DNA from: a virus | Lineage: Duplodnaviria > Heunggongvirae > Uroviricota > Caudoviricetes | Length of the DNA: 64,000 nt | IMG/VR virus record: IMGVR_UViG_3300028914_000001 | Coordinates: 93,489-157,488 of that record | Reading direction: 5' to 3' (one strand) | Shown here: one piece after another, positions 1-8,469 of the stretch | Position numbering within the stretch: position 1 is the stretch's first letter | How the letters are laid out: each line of letters opens with the position of its first letter | Program-made: the position numbers and the translations under genes | The notes under the pieces: generated by a model | What the model saw: the letters and a program-made list of their open reading frames with translations, nothing else | Databases searched by the model: none | What the model was told of the DNA's origin: nothing

Positions 1-635
1 CTTCCGCCGCCTATTGGGACATATCCGTTAGCAATAACGTCGAATTGACCGTCGCTGTACTGCACGATGGCCGCCTCGTGGTTTTCCGTAGGGACAGCAG
101 CGACGATACGCTTCGGGTGAAGCGCTATCTCCGGCTTGTCTGGAGGAGGCGGGGGAAGAGGCCGAGGCGGTATAGGCGGCATCGGGCCAATCGGATTAGG
201 CCAGATTGGCTTAGGATGGCAACCGCAGTCATGATGGAACACGGGAGCAACCGGGCGCATCGGGCCCATACATCCGCAGACTGGCGCCTGCTGAGGCATG
301 CACTGGTAACGGAATGTCGGATGCGGATGCCAATGCTGGTGCCACGGGTGGCCCCAGTAGTTAGCCCAGAAATGCGGGTACGGTTCCTGAACATGCGGCA
401 ACCCGAAACTTCCACACGGAGGCGGTGCCGGGTACATTCTCGACGGGGTGTATTCCCAAGGGCCTGCCTGTCTCGGTGGAGGCGGAAAGCACGGTCCAAA
501 CCATGGAGGTGGCTGGAACGGCATGAAAAGTGGTGGAGGAGGCGGACAGCAATGATGGAACGCTGGGGTCTGCCTCATGTATGGCATCCTGTCATAAATA
601 TCGTTAGGTACGCCGTTGTTGCATCCGCAGCTCAT
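1..635 (-). CDS. Pro/Cys/His/Trp-rich protein, runs off the window edge (MSCGCNNGVPNDIYDRMPYMRQTPAFHHCCPPPP...)
   Basis: Translated by hand: ATG at 635 with GAGGT RBS, open to base 3. It is absent from the ORF track because it has no stop in the window. Confidence 0.8.
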   Translation of the reverse strand, partial: MSCGCNNGVPNDIYDRMPYMRQTPAFHHCCPPPPPLFMPFQPPPWFGPCFPPPPRQAGPWEYTPSRMYPAPPPCGSFGLPHVQEPYPHFWANYWGHPWHQHWHPHPTFRYQCMPQQAPVCGCMGPMRPVAPVFHHDCGCHPKPIWPNPIGPMPPIPPRPLPPPPPDKPEIALHPKRIVAAVPTENHEAAIVQYSDGQFDVIANGYVPIGGG

Positions 636-652
636 ATCACATTACCTCACGC

Positions 653-1069
653 TTAATTCTGTTTGGCTTCTTCTACCTTTTCTATTCGTTTTTCGATACT
701 TGCCAAAGTAGATTTAATTCCAGATAGGGTCTCGTTAATCGAATTCAGTGCGACCGTAATCTGCTCAAGCTTAACATCGACCGTCTTCAAACGGTCCTTT
801 ACACCATCGACATCCTTCTGGATAAGCTCAATCTTGTGTTCGAGGAGAAGCATCTTCTCCCGATAAGCAGCTTCCTTCTTCTGGTATTCAAGTTCCATTT
901 CGAGGAACTTCTTGTCCACATTACTAAATTGTTCGTTGCGTTTAACCCCTGTATCCTTCCTTTGCGTCTCTATCCTTTTTATCAGATAATACAATCCAAG
1001 AGCCACCAACGTGAATATCAGCAACGCTGGACTATTCGTCTTCAAAGCCGCTATCCACATGTCTGCCAT
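653..1069 (-). CDS. N-terminal TM helix plus coiled coil, holin/XhlA-like membrane protein
   Basis: MADMW start with GAGGA RBS; hydrophobic stretch ALLIFTLVALGLYYLI followed by heptad repeats. Confidence 0.55.
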   Translation of the reverse strand: MADMWIAALKTNSPALLIFTLVALGLYYLIKRIETQRKDTGVKRNEQFSNVDKKFLEMELEYQKKEAAYREKMLLLEHKIELIQKDVDGVKDRLKTVDVKLEQITVALNSINETLSGIKSTLASIEKRIEKVEEAKQN

Positions 1070-1100
1070 AAACCTATCCTCGGGCATGTAACCATACCCT

Positions 1101-1109
1101 TAGTTTATA
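1101..1109 (-). promoter_or_regulatory. TATAAACTA putative late-promoter motif
   Basis: Intergenic, just upstream of 653..1069. Confidence 0.6.
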
Positions 1110-1127
1110 GTTTCGGGCCCCTTCAAA

Positions 1128-1520
1128 CTAAAAGTTTTGAATAGCTTTTTCCCTCAAATCTCGTACAATTTCCTTATAAATTTGCAGCACGTCACGAACG
1201 AAATCGACGACGTTCACGTCGTGCTTCGAGACGCTTCCACACAGGGATACACCGCCCATCTTGTTGAAGTTGAACAGGCAGTGGTAGTCGGTGCAAAGTT
1301 GTTCGTAATACTCGTAGAACTCGTCCTCCACGCTTATGCTTTCGCTCGAATCGAGCCATTCCTTATCTCTCTCATCATCCCAGCAAATGAATGGGTAGCA
1401 ACGTATTGCGGGCTTTCCGCTTGAATCCAGTTTACCAAATGTGATATTGTCATAGATTATCATCCCATCCTTGGTTACTGTGAGGCCCATGGATGTCAGC
1501 CTTCTGATTAGCTCTTTCAT
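1128..1520 (-). CDS. hypothetical protein
   Basis: 130-aa ORF with ATG start, tiles with neighbours. Confidence 0.7.
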   Translation of the reverse strand: MKELIRRLTSMGLTVTKDGMIIYDNITFGKLDSSGKPAIRCYPFICWDDERDKEWLDSSESISVEDEFYEYYEQLCTDYHCLFNFNKMGGVSLCGSVSKHDVNVVDFVRDVLQIYKEIVRDLREKAIQNF

Positions 1521-1575
1521 GAGAAGAGTTCCTGTATGTCTAATAAGGGTTTATACTTATTCCAGGACGGCATAC

Positions 1576-1609
1576 AAAACAAGGGCCGCCAGCCTTATGC
1601 TGACGACCC
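1576..1609 (-). terminator. intrinsic terminator
   Basis: GGGTCGTCAGC-ATAAG-GCTGGCGGCCC followed by TTGTTTT on the minus strand. Confidence 0.6.
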
Positions 1610-1733
1610 CAGGAACCTTTTCTACACTTGCAGATAGGCAAAATAGATAAGTGCCAGCAACGGTCCCATGCCTATATGATGGCGACGCAATCGCTGACAC
1701 TCATCTATTTGTTTATACAATGAATTTTACAGG

Positions 1734-2171
1734 TTATTTTTTGCCCGTGCTTCCAAAGCCGCCACGGTTTTCACCCGTAAGTTCAGATTCAATGAAGTTG
1801 AGCTTCGGCTGGTTTTCAATCACACGGAACTGTGCAATGCGGCTACCCTTTTCGATTGTGGTATCTTCCGTTGCATAAACAGGAAGTTTCCACCAGTCAT
1901 TCGGACCGCAGTAAGAACAGTCGACCACACCGACACTGTTGGTCTGGAGAACCTTGAAGTTCTTGTATGTGGAGCTACGAGGTGCGAGATGCGCTTCGTA
2001 ACCCTGCGGCAACTGCATAGCAACGCCAAGATGGATAAGCTTAAATTCACCCTTCTTCAACGTAACAGTTTCGGCTGCTGCCAAGTCAATCCAGTCAGAC
2101 TTGCCTGCAACATAGGTCAGGCGGGCGATGCTGTCGTCAAGGTACTTGATTTTGATATTCAATTCACTCAT
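1734..2171 (-). CDS. dut: trimeric dUTPase
   Basis: Motifs [19 protein letters not shown] and RGGFGSTG; real start MSELNI at 2171. Confidence 0.93.
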   Translation of the reverse strand: MSELNIKIKYLDDSIARLTYVAGKSDWIDLAAAETVTLKKGEFKLIHLGVAMQLPQGYEAHLAPRSSTYKNFKVLQTNSVGVVDCSYCGPNDWWKLPVYATEDTTIEKGSRIAQFRVIENQPKLNFIESELTGENRGGFGSTGKK

Positions 2172-2190
2172 TTTTTGATTCCTTTTTTGA

Positions 2191-2577
2191 TTAAAACAGG
2201 TCAGACGAATCCGTTTCGTCAGACTCTTCCGTCGGTGCATACTTGCCCTCGATTGTAGCAGTAAAGTCAAACATCGAAGACACAGATACATCCACATTGG
2301 AATATTCCACATCGTAGTGAGAAAGCGTATCTTCAAGGTCAGATGCAATCCTCTCTTTCAAATACGAGTCAAGCGAAGTTTCTGTCTCGAACTTAGCCCC
2401 ATCCGGGTTCGCCACAGCCCAGTCCTTAGAATGGTATGCCACAGTGATGACGACAACATTGCCTGCATCCTGGTCCATTTCGCTTTCTACTTTCATGCAA
2501 TCGCAGTCAATTTCAAGTTGGTCCTGAAACCATTCCTTGACATCAACGCTCAAATCTTCAAGCTCTTCATCGTTCAT
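2191..2577 (-). CDS. acidic hypothetical protein
   Basis: 128-aa ORF in operon with dut. Confidence 0.7.
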   Translation of the reverse strand: MNDEELEDLSVDVKEWFQDQLEIDCDCMKVESEMDQDAGNVVVITVAYHSKDWAVANPDGAKFETETSLDSYLKERIASDLEDTLSHYDVEYSNVDVSVSSMFDFTATIEGKYAPTEESDETDSSDLF

Positions 2578-2589
2578 ACGAACCTCCGA

Positions 2590-3495
2590 TTACAATATAG
2601 TATTTACACCCTTTTCTTTCAAGAGGGCAAAGAACTTTTCTGGCGTAATAATCTTAACGCCGAGCTGTTTTGCCTTCTTGGACTTCGTGGAGGTAGAGTT
2701 TTCGTCAGCCTGTACGAGATAGTCCAGCTTTGCGCTTACGCTTCCCTTTACCTGTCCACCAAATGTCTTCACAGTGCGTTCAAGGTCGTCACGGTTGTAT
2801 TCCATAGCTCCCGTGAAGCAGAACGACATTCCGCCGAGCGCATCCATTTCTACAGGTTTCTTGAAAGTGAATTTGCCCAATTCAAGAACCCCGACGATTT
2901 CATCGAGAGCAGCGAACATCTGGGTAAACAGATTCATTTTGACATCATATGCGCTAAACCCATTGATTGCTAGCGTGGAGAGTCTTTCCGGGGTATACGA
3001 GCTGAATGTAGCCATTGTCGAAAGCGGATTTTCATACCATCCGCCGAACAATTCAAGCGTTTCCAATCCAGACAGCTTTGCTTCGGAGAAACCATCAAAG
3101 TCAAACATAGACAGGAACTTGCTCATTGAAATCGGCTTGCTTAACGCAGCAAGCATATTGTTTCGCAACTTAGCCCCGTTTACCTGGCTCTTCATGGCAA
3201 GCGAAATGTCGTTTCCGCCAGACACAGCATCGGAAATCAGCTCAGGAATCTTTTTCATTCCCACTTCGTTGACAAGGGCGGTAACACAACTTTCGCCTGC
3301 ACCGTCTATTTCCAACACGTCGAAGAAGTTGGCAAACTTGTGGACAATCTTCTGCGGGCACGACGGGTTCACGCAGCAAACCATCCCGTTGTCCATTACA
3401 TTCAACTCTCCGTGGCATACAGGACATTCCTTAGGGAACGCAATGTTAGATGCCACATATTCTTTGTACTTTTCTGGAACCATTATAACTCCCAT
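2590..3495 (-). CDS. ligA: NAD+-dependent DNA ligase, C-terminal half (C4 Zn finger, HhH-like region, BRCT)
   Basis: FPKECPVC...CVNPSCP Zn finger; GMSFCFTG...SVSAKLDYLV..STSTKSKKAKQLGVKII BRCT. Confidence 0.85.
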   Translation of the reverse strand: MGVIMVPEKYKEYVASNIAFPKECPVCHGELNVMDNGMVCCVNPSCPQKIVHKFANFFDVLEIDGAGESCVTALVNEVGMKKIPELISDAVSGGNDISLAMKSQVNGAKLRNNMLAALSKPISMSKFLSMFDFDGFSEAKLSGLETLELFGGWYENPLSTMATFSSYTPERLSTLAINGFSAYDVKMNLFTQMFAALDEIVGVLELGKFTFKKPVEMDALGGMSFCFTGAMEYNRDDLERTVKTFGGQVKGSVSAKLDYLVQADENSTSTKSKKAKQLGVKIITPEKFFALLKEKGVNTIL

Positions 3496-4151
3496 GCAAG
3501 TTTAGCTGACTTGAACTCATCCAGCGAGTTCAAGATACTGATGACACATTTTTTAACATTTTTGGTGTTCGGATATTCCGTCACACCGTTTCTTTCAAGC
3601 ATACGAATAACCTCCGTAGACTTAACCAAGTTGCTCGTATTGCGTTCTACCGTCGATACCGACCTGCTTACGCCACCAACCCTTCCATCCCTGGTAAAAT
3701 TGGGCCCGCCGGACATTCCAACCTGCAGTAGTCCATTCATGCGATAAAAACTAGGTTCGCCTTCATAGTTGTACAACAAGCGTATATCCATCGGTATAAT
3801 AGTCGGATTATGCTCGATAAACGGCTGAGGATAACCATACGCAGTTAGCTTCTCCCCGATAGGCAGTTCCGTATGGGCTAAGCGGCATACCATAGGCAAT
3901 GAGGTAGGAGTCTCTTTCAACTTTAACAAGGCAATATCAGACAGCGAGTCGTAATCCACTATACGGACCTGGTAGCAAGTATCATTCTTCATGTCATAAT
4001 AGCATGCATGTCTATAATTCGACACTACATGATATGCAGTCACAATGTACTTGCTGTTTACAAAGAACCCCGTTCCTCCATGCACATCCTCGACAACCTC
4101 AGCAAAGGAAGCGCAAGCGAACAACAAAATGATAGCGAGTAGTTTTTTCAT
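3483..4151 (-). CDS. secreted trypsin-like serine protease
   Basis: Signal peptide; GTGFFV, TAYHV (His), DIALLKL (Asp), GMSGGP (Ser). Confidence 0.88.
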   Translation of the reverse strand: MKKLLAIILLFACASFAEVVEDVHGGTGFFVNSKYIVTAYHVVSNYRHACYYDMKNDTCYQVRIVDYDSLSDIALLKLKETPTSLPMVCRLAHTELPIGEKLTAYGYPQPFIEHNPTIIPMDIRLLYNYEGEPSFYRMNGLLQVGMSGGPNFTRDGRVGGVSRSVSTVERNTSNLVKSTEVIRMLERNGVTEYPNTKNVKKCVISILNSLDEFKSAKLAWEL

Positions 4152-4177
4152 GATGTTACCTCTTTGTTTACACCTAA

Positions 4178-4206
4178 AATATACCTAATTAAATGTTTCC
4201 CGGCAA
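4178..4206 (-). promoter_or_regulatory. sigma70-type promoter TTGCCG-N17-TATATT
   Basis: Read directly, upstream of the protease and ligase C-half. Confidence 0.6.
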
Positions 4207-4223
4207 CACCTTTAATGTAAAAT

Positions 4224-5567
4224 TTAATTTACAACCTTATCGACCTGCGGAATCACTTCGCCGTGACGGGAGATTTCCACCTTGCAACCAATCTGAATAC
4301 CCATCTGCATCATCTTGTTCAAGTTCGAGAGGGAAGCTCGTTCGACAGTCACCCCGTCAAGCTCGGTCGGAACCAAGATGGCAACAGGGGAGAGATAACG
4401 ACCCTTGCAGCTCCATTCTATTCCAATTAGAGTTGTAATCGCCGTTTCCAGCTCGAACTTCACAGCACACTGAGTCATCGGGGTCTTTCTACGGAGGTCG
4501 TCATAGTCGATGTCGTTAATCTTGACGACAATGCCGTCGCAACCATAGTCGATAGTCTTCTTGCGGCTTGCATACACCTTTTCACGGAACGCATTTACCT
4601 GTTCGAGGGTATCGACCAGCTCGTACATCGGGACTTCAAATCCGCAGGATTCGAGCCACTGCATCTTTTCCAGCTCGGTCTTGAACTGGGTCGGAGCCCT
4701 GTTAAGAACATCGTATGCAACGAAGGACATATCTTCCGAACCAGAACCATCAAGACGCTTGGAGAGGCCAGCACTTGCGTTACGGGCCGTCTTCTTCGTC
4801 TGGGAATACTTTTCGAGGAACATGCTTTCCTTCAACATGAACTCGCCACGGATTGAACCAGTGAAGTTCGGAATGCTATGGACAAGACCCTTCCATTTCA
4901 AGGCAGACTGCGTGATGTCCTCACCCTGGAAACCATCGCCACGGGAAATCGCCTGAACTACCTGGCCATCCTGATACATTACTTCACTTCCAGCTCCATC
5001 GCACTTGCCGTTCAGCATGAGACGGTGCGTGCTTCCATACTGCGGGAACCATTCCTTCTCAAATTCTTCCATGTTGGCAAACTTCTGCTGAGTGCCAGTT
5101 ACAAGGTAATGCGGGTACTTCTTTCGCCCCGTATCGTCCGAGGCAGCCAAACCGCCCGCAGCCAACGGGTTCTTCGGGTTGATTTGGCGGAGTTCGAGAA
5201 CAAGGGCGTCGTAAATTTCGTCGGACGCTTTTTCACGGCCATTGTAGTATTCCTTAGCGATGTAATCGATTACTTCACTCAGCAAGGCTTCACGGTCAAG
5301 CGCCTTGCCCTTCTTCGAGTTCGCCGTGACCGCAATATCCGATGCGGCACTGACAGACATTTTAAGCTCGTCGGCAAACACCTCTGGGCGAAGACCCGCA
5401 CCTCGCAGGAGTACGGAATACTTGTAGTAGACATCGTCCTCATCGTTTCCGTATTTTGCGAAATCGGATTCGGCAAGGATGTTCATAACGACCATATCAA
5501 TAGCCGTCTGCAAGCCACCAGTAGGCAGCTTAGGGGCAAGATGTTCAATAAATTCAATGTTCTGCAT
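4224..5567 (-). CDS. ligA: NAD+-dependent DNA ligase, N-terminal half (Ia, adenylation, OB fold)
   Basis: YYNG..SDEIYDAL (Ia), KCDG motif I, SRGDGFQGEDIT, IRGEF, RNASAG, DGIVVK, AVKF, ends RHGEVIPQV. Confidence 0.92.
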   Translation of the reverse strand: MQNIEFIEHLAPKLPTGGLQTAIDMVVMNILAESDFAKYGNDEDDVYYKYSVLLRGAGLRPEVFADELKMSVSAASDIAVTANSKKGKALDREALLSEVIDYIAKEYYNGREKASDEIYDALVLELRQINPKNPLAAGGLAASDDTGRKKYPHYLVTGTQQKFANMEEFEKEWFPQYGSTHRLMLNGKCDGAGSEVMYQDGQVVQAISRGDGFQGEDITQSALKWKGLVHSIPNFTGSIRGEFMLKESMFLEKYSQTKKTARNASAGLSKRLDGSGSEDMSFVAYDVLNRAPTQFKTELEKMQWLESCGFEVPMYELVDTLEQVNAFREKVYASRKKTIDYGCDGIVVKINDIDYDDLRRKTPMTQCAVKFELETAITTLIGIEWSCKGRYLSPVAILVPTELDGVTVERASLSNLNKMMQMGIQIGCKVEISRHGEVIPQVDKVVN

Positions 5568-5571
5568 ACTA

Positions 5572-5886
5572 TTACCTGCATTCTGGGCGACGGACGGTGG
5601 ACTTGTTCGTCACAGTGACCTTCAACTTAGAGAAATCGCCGTTAAAAAGCAGAGAACCCGGCTTCCAACGGTTCGACAGTTCGGAACCGACCGACTGGCT
5701 TTCCCAAAAGCTCTTTTCAACCGGGATGTTAAACTCGATTGCATTCATGCTGTTCTTGATATGCTCACTGATACTGAGCGTAAATGTCGATTGCTTGACT
5801 TTAAGAGTCAAAACGTAGTGATACGGGTCAGAGCATGCGGCAGAAATGCCAGCAGCAACAAGAATACCTAAGATGATTTTCTTCAT
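5572..5886 (-). CDS. putative lipoprotein
   Basis: MKKIILGILVAAGISAAC signal peptide with lipobox-like Cys. Confidence 0.65.
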   Translation of the reverse strand: MKKIILGILVAAGISAACSDPYHYVLTLKVKQSTFTLSISEHIKNSMNAIEFNIPVEKSFWESQSVGSELSNRWKPGSLLFNGDFSKLKVTVTNKSTVRRPECR

Positions 5887-5909
5887 GAAGTTTCCTTTTT
5901 ATGTTAGAT

Positions 5910-6089
5910 TTACATTTCACCAACACCCATGAGGTCAAGCTTATCCCTTGACTGGGTGGTAACTTGCGTCAACGGCACATGATGCGGCTCAAAATGTTCA
6001 TGAGTCGTCAGATACACTTCGGCATCGGGTTTAACCTCGCCTGTCCACCTGATGTATGTAAGTTTGTTATACAGTTCTTCAAAAGTCAT
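5910..6089 (-). CDS. small hypothetical protein (59 aa, MTFEELYNKL...)
   Basis: Hand-translated; follows the promoter at 6116-6144 and has an RBS-like AGGG. Confidence 0.55.
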   Translation of the reverse strand: MTFEELYNKLTYIRWTGEVKPDAEVYLTTHEHFEPHHVPLTQVTTQSRDKLDLMGVGEM

Positions 6090-6115
6090 TGAATACCCTT
6101 TGTATCCTTGACTAA

Positions 6116-6144
6116 AATATAGTAAAATAACTCTCGGCTGTCAA
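6116..6144 (-). promoter_or_regulatory. sigma70-type promoter TTGACA-N17-TATATT
   Basis: Exact hexamers with 17-bp spacer. Confidence 0.75.
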
Positions 6145-6175
6145 CAAAAAAGGCCCTAGATTTCAGTCGGGACAA

Positions 6176-6184
6176 TATAAACTA
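6176..6184 (+). promoter_or_regulatory. TATAAACTA putative late-promoter motif
   Basis: 18 nt upstream of the 6203 ATG. Confidence 0.6.
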
Positions 6185-6202
6185 GAGTTATACGTATTAG
6201 GA

Positions 6203-7894
6203 ATGAGAATGAACCCACTTTTTAACCATTACGCTTCCAAGCTAGATTTAACACTTCCGCAATACGAAGCGGTATGTGCATTGGCTAATTCCTTGTTTGA
6301 AGATGCGGCATCGACAGCAAAGCACAAGACAAAAAGAGCCATACGTAATGCATTGCCCGCATTTAACATTTTTTTCGATGAAATCGCAAAAGACGACGAA
6401 AAAAATCCGATATTGACTGAAAGAGGCAATACACAGACCGTACTCGAATATCTTGAAAATAATGTGAGGGCTACATTCTTCCACGACGGAACAACAAGTA
6501 TAAAGTTCGAGCCAGGCGCCGCTAGAATTGCTTACGGCGAACTTGGCATGCAAGCCCACGAGGATACTAGAAAACTTACTCTCCTTGGAAAGATACTACA
6601 AGAAATTTCGATAGCTCATGAAACCGAATACGACTCAAACCTAAACGGCATGACGTTCAATGAACTTAAAGACCGATTCGGTGCATCAATAAATAAAGCC
6701 GACGCCGAAACCGAAGAAAAGTTAAAAACCAAGACCTACGATAAAAGTGATTACATAATCAAATGGATTCCAGATTTCAGTACAGCACAACAGTATAGTC
6801 AATACACTGACTATGGGCCAAACGAACACTGGTGTTTGACTCATGATAAAAGAATGTGGGACAACTACACAGGCTCGCATAACGAAAACAAAGTATATTT
6901 CTGTCATGTTCCTAATTTCGAATCCGTTCCGAGAGAAATTGGACCTAATGCGCCGCTTGATGACTATGGACTTAGTTTGGTTTCCGTTATAGTAATGCCA
7001 GATAAGCACTTGCGAGCAGTAACATCTCGTTGGAATCATACTAACGGTGGTTCTGATGGCGTCATGAACAAGGAGCAATTATCCGATTTGCTTGGCGGAT
7101 ACGTATTTAACATTTGCCCCCCTTACAGCAGAGAAGAAGTCATCAAACGAGGATATATCTACCTGGACGAAGTTCAGCAAATGCTCGATGATGGTATTGA
7201 CCTGAGTAAATATATTGATGGTAAAGGGCGTATTAAGATTAATGACAAAATGAATATTCTGCACGGGCGGAAACTTTTGTCTGACCAATGGTTTGATTGG
7301 ATAGATGACTTCAGGAATGGATTCGCCCTTGTTCAATTGAATGAAAAAGAAAACTACATCGACATAGAAGGAAATCTGGTGTCCGACCAATGGTTTGAGG
7401 AGGTAGAGGACTTCGTTAATGGATTCGCTAAGGTTTACTTGAATGGAAAAACGAACTTAATCAACACAGCGGGAAAGCTACTGTCTGACCAATGGTTTGA
7501 TAGGATAGGTATTATCAAAAATGGATTCACCCATGTTAAATTGAATGGAAAATACAACTTCATCGACACAGAAGGAAATCTGGTGTCCGACCAATGGTTT
7601 GATGCTGTCTCATTCGATAATGGATTCGCCCGTGTTCAATTGAATGGAAAATACAACTACATCGGCACAGAAGGAAATCTACTCTCTGGCCAATGGTTTG
7701 ATGTGGTAGGGTGGTTCAGTGGTGGATTCGCCCGTGTTAAATTGAATGGAAAATACAACTTCATCGACACGAAAGGAAATCTTCTATCTGACCAATGGTT
7801 TGATGAGGTAGGTAGGTTCGATAATGGAGTCGCTGTTGTTCGATTGAATGAAAAATACGCCAACATCGATACAGAAGGAAATATAAGGCGGTAG
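6203..7894 (+). CDS. WG/KWG-like beta-repeat protein with the shared N-terminal module
   Basis: Six ~34-aa repeats (SDQWFD.v..F.NGFA.V.LNgKyNfIdteGN) at the C-terminus. Confidence 0.8.
   Translation: MRMNPLFNHYASKLDLTLPQYEAVCALANSLFEDAASTAKHKTKRAIRNALPAFNIFFDEIAKDDEKNPILTERGNTQTVLEYLENNVRATFFHDGTTSIKFEPGAARIAYGELGMQAHEDTRKLTLLGKILQEISIAHETEYDSNLNGMTFNELKDRFGASINKADAETEEKLKTKTYDKSDYIIKWIPDFSTAQQYSQYTDYGPNEHWCLTHDKRMWDNYTGSHNENKVYFCHVPNFESVPREIGPNAPLDDYGLSLVSVIVMPDKHLRAVTSRWNHTNGGSDGVMNKEQLSDLLGGYVFNICPPYSREEVIKRGYIYLDEVQQMLDDGIDLSKYIDGKGRIKINDKMNILHGRKLLSDQWFDWIDDFRNGFALVQLNEKENYIDIEGNLVSDQWFEEVEDFVNGFAKVYLNGKTNLINTAGKLLSDQWFDRIGIIKNGFTHVKLNGKYNFIDTEGNLVSDQWFDAVSFDNGFARVQLNGKYNYIGTEGNLLSGQWFDVVGWFSGGFARVKLNGKYNFIDTKGNLLSDQWFDEVGRFDNGVAVVRLNEKYANIDTEGNIRR
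7270..7885 (+). repeat. six ~102-bp tandem coding repeats
   Basis: GACCAATGGTTTGA recurs at ~102-bp spacing. Confidence 0.85.
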
Positions 7895-7940
7895 GGAAAT
7901 ACTCGACCCATCATCCTTTCTGAACGCTTTATAGCAAACA

Positions 7941-7968
7941 AAAAAGGCCCGACTATTAAAGTCGGGCC
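7941..7968 (-). terminator. intrinsic terminator closing the tRNA array
   Basis: GGCCCGACT-loop-AGTCGGGCC with an A6 run on the plus strand. Confidence 0.75.
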
Positions 7969-7999
7969 CATATGTTTTATCTTTCGGCTTTGCAATTAG

Positions 8000-8073
8000 T
8001 ACCCGAGACAGGGGTCGAACCTGTCACCAACGGTTTAGAAGACCGTCGCTCTAGTCCACTGAGCTACTCGGGC
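8000..8073 (-). tRNA. tRNA-Arg(UCU)
   Basis: Full cloverleaf, loop CTTCTAA. Confidence 0.92.
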
Positions 8074-8084
8074 AAGTTCATTAG

Positions 8085-8158
8085 TCGGCAGAGTGGGACT
8101 CGAACCCACAAAATCTTGGGTTTGAACCAAGCACGTATACCAGTTCCATCACCTGCCG
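8085..8158 (-). tRNA. tRNA-Leu(CAA), short variable loop (atypical)
   Basis: Loop TTCAAAC, Leu-type D arm, 5-nt variable loop. Confidence 0.8.
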
Positions 8159-8165
8159 AATTTAG

Positions 8166-8249
8166 TCGGTAAGGGGGGACTCGAACCCCCACGTCCTTAC
8201 GGACACCAGCCCCTCAAGCTGATGCGCCTACCAGTTCCGCCACCTACCG
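8166..8249 (-). tRNA. tRNA-Leu(GAG)
   Basis: Class II cloverleaf. Confidence 0.92.
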
Positions 8250-8267
8250 AGATGGAAATAAAAGTAA

Positions 8268-8349
8268 TCGGAAAGGTGGGACTCGAACCCACACACCTTT
8301 CAGCACAAGAGCCTAAATCTTGCGTGTCTACCAGTTCCACCACAATCCG
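8268..8349 (-). tRNA. tRNA-Leu(UAG)
   Basis: Class II cloverleaf. Confidence 0.92.
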
Positions 8350-8363
8350 AAAAAAAGTTATAG

Positions 8364-8436
8364 CAGGACGTGATGGACTCGAACCACCGACTAACAGTTT
8401 TGGAGACTGCAGACCTACCAACTGGTCGAACGCCCT
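8364..8436 (-). tRNA. tRNA-Trp(CCA)
   Basis: Cloverleaf, loop CTCCAAA. Confidence 0.92.
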
Positions 8437-8469
8437 GTAATGGATGGCCTTTCGGCCACCCGAATGAAA

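Noticed and set aside
45-656. 203-aa Arg-rich plus-strand ORF in the track
   Set aside because: Antisense shadow of the Pro-rich minus-strand gene, which has an RBS and fits the operon direction.
4152-4223. Intron or intein explaining the ligase split
   Set aside because: No group I/II motifs or Hint motifs; the intervening ORF is a protease, not a homing endonuclease, and has its own promoter.
3483-5886. Host assignment from signal-peptide style
   Set aside because: Suggestive of a Gram-negative host only; it cannot be supported without tRNA, sigma or IF-3 phylogeny.
7270-7885. CRISPR array or DGR template/variable repeats
   Set aside because: The repeats are contiguous, in-frame and lack unique spacers; no cas or reverse transcriptase gene is in the window.
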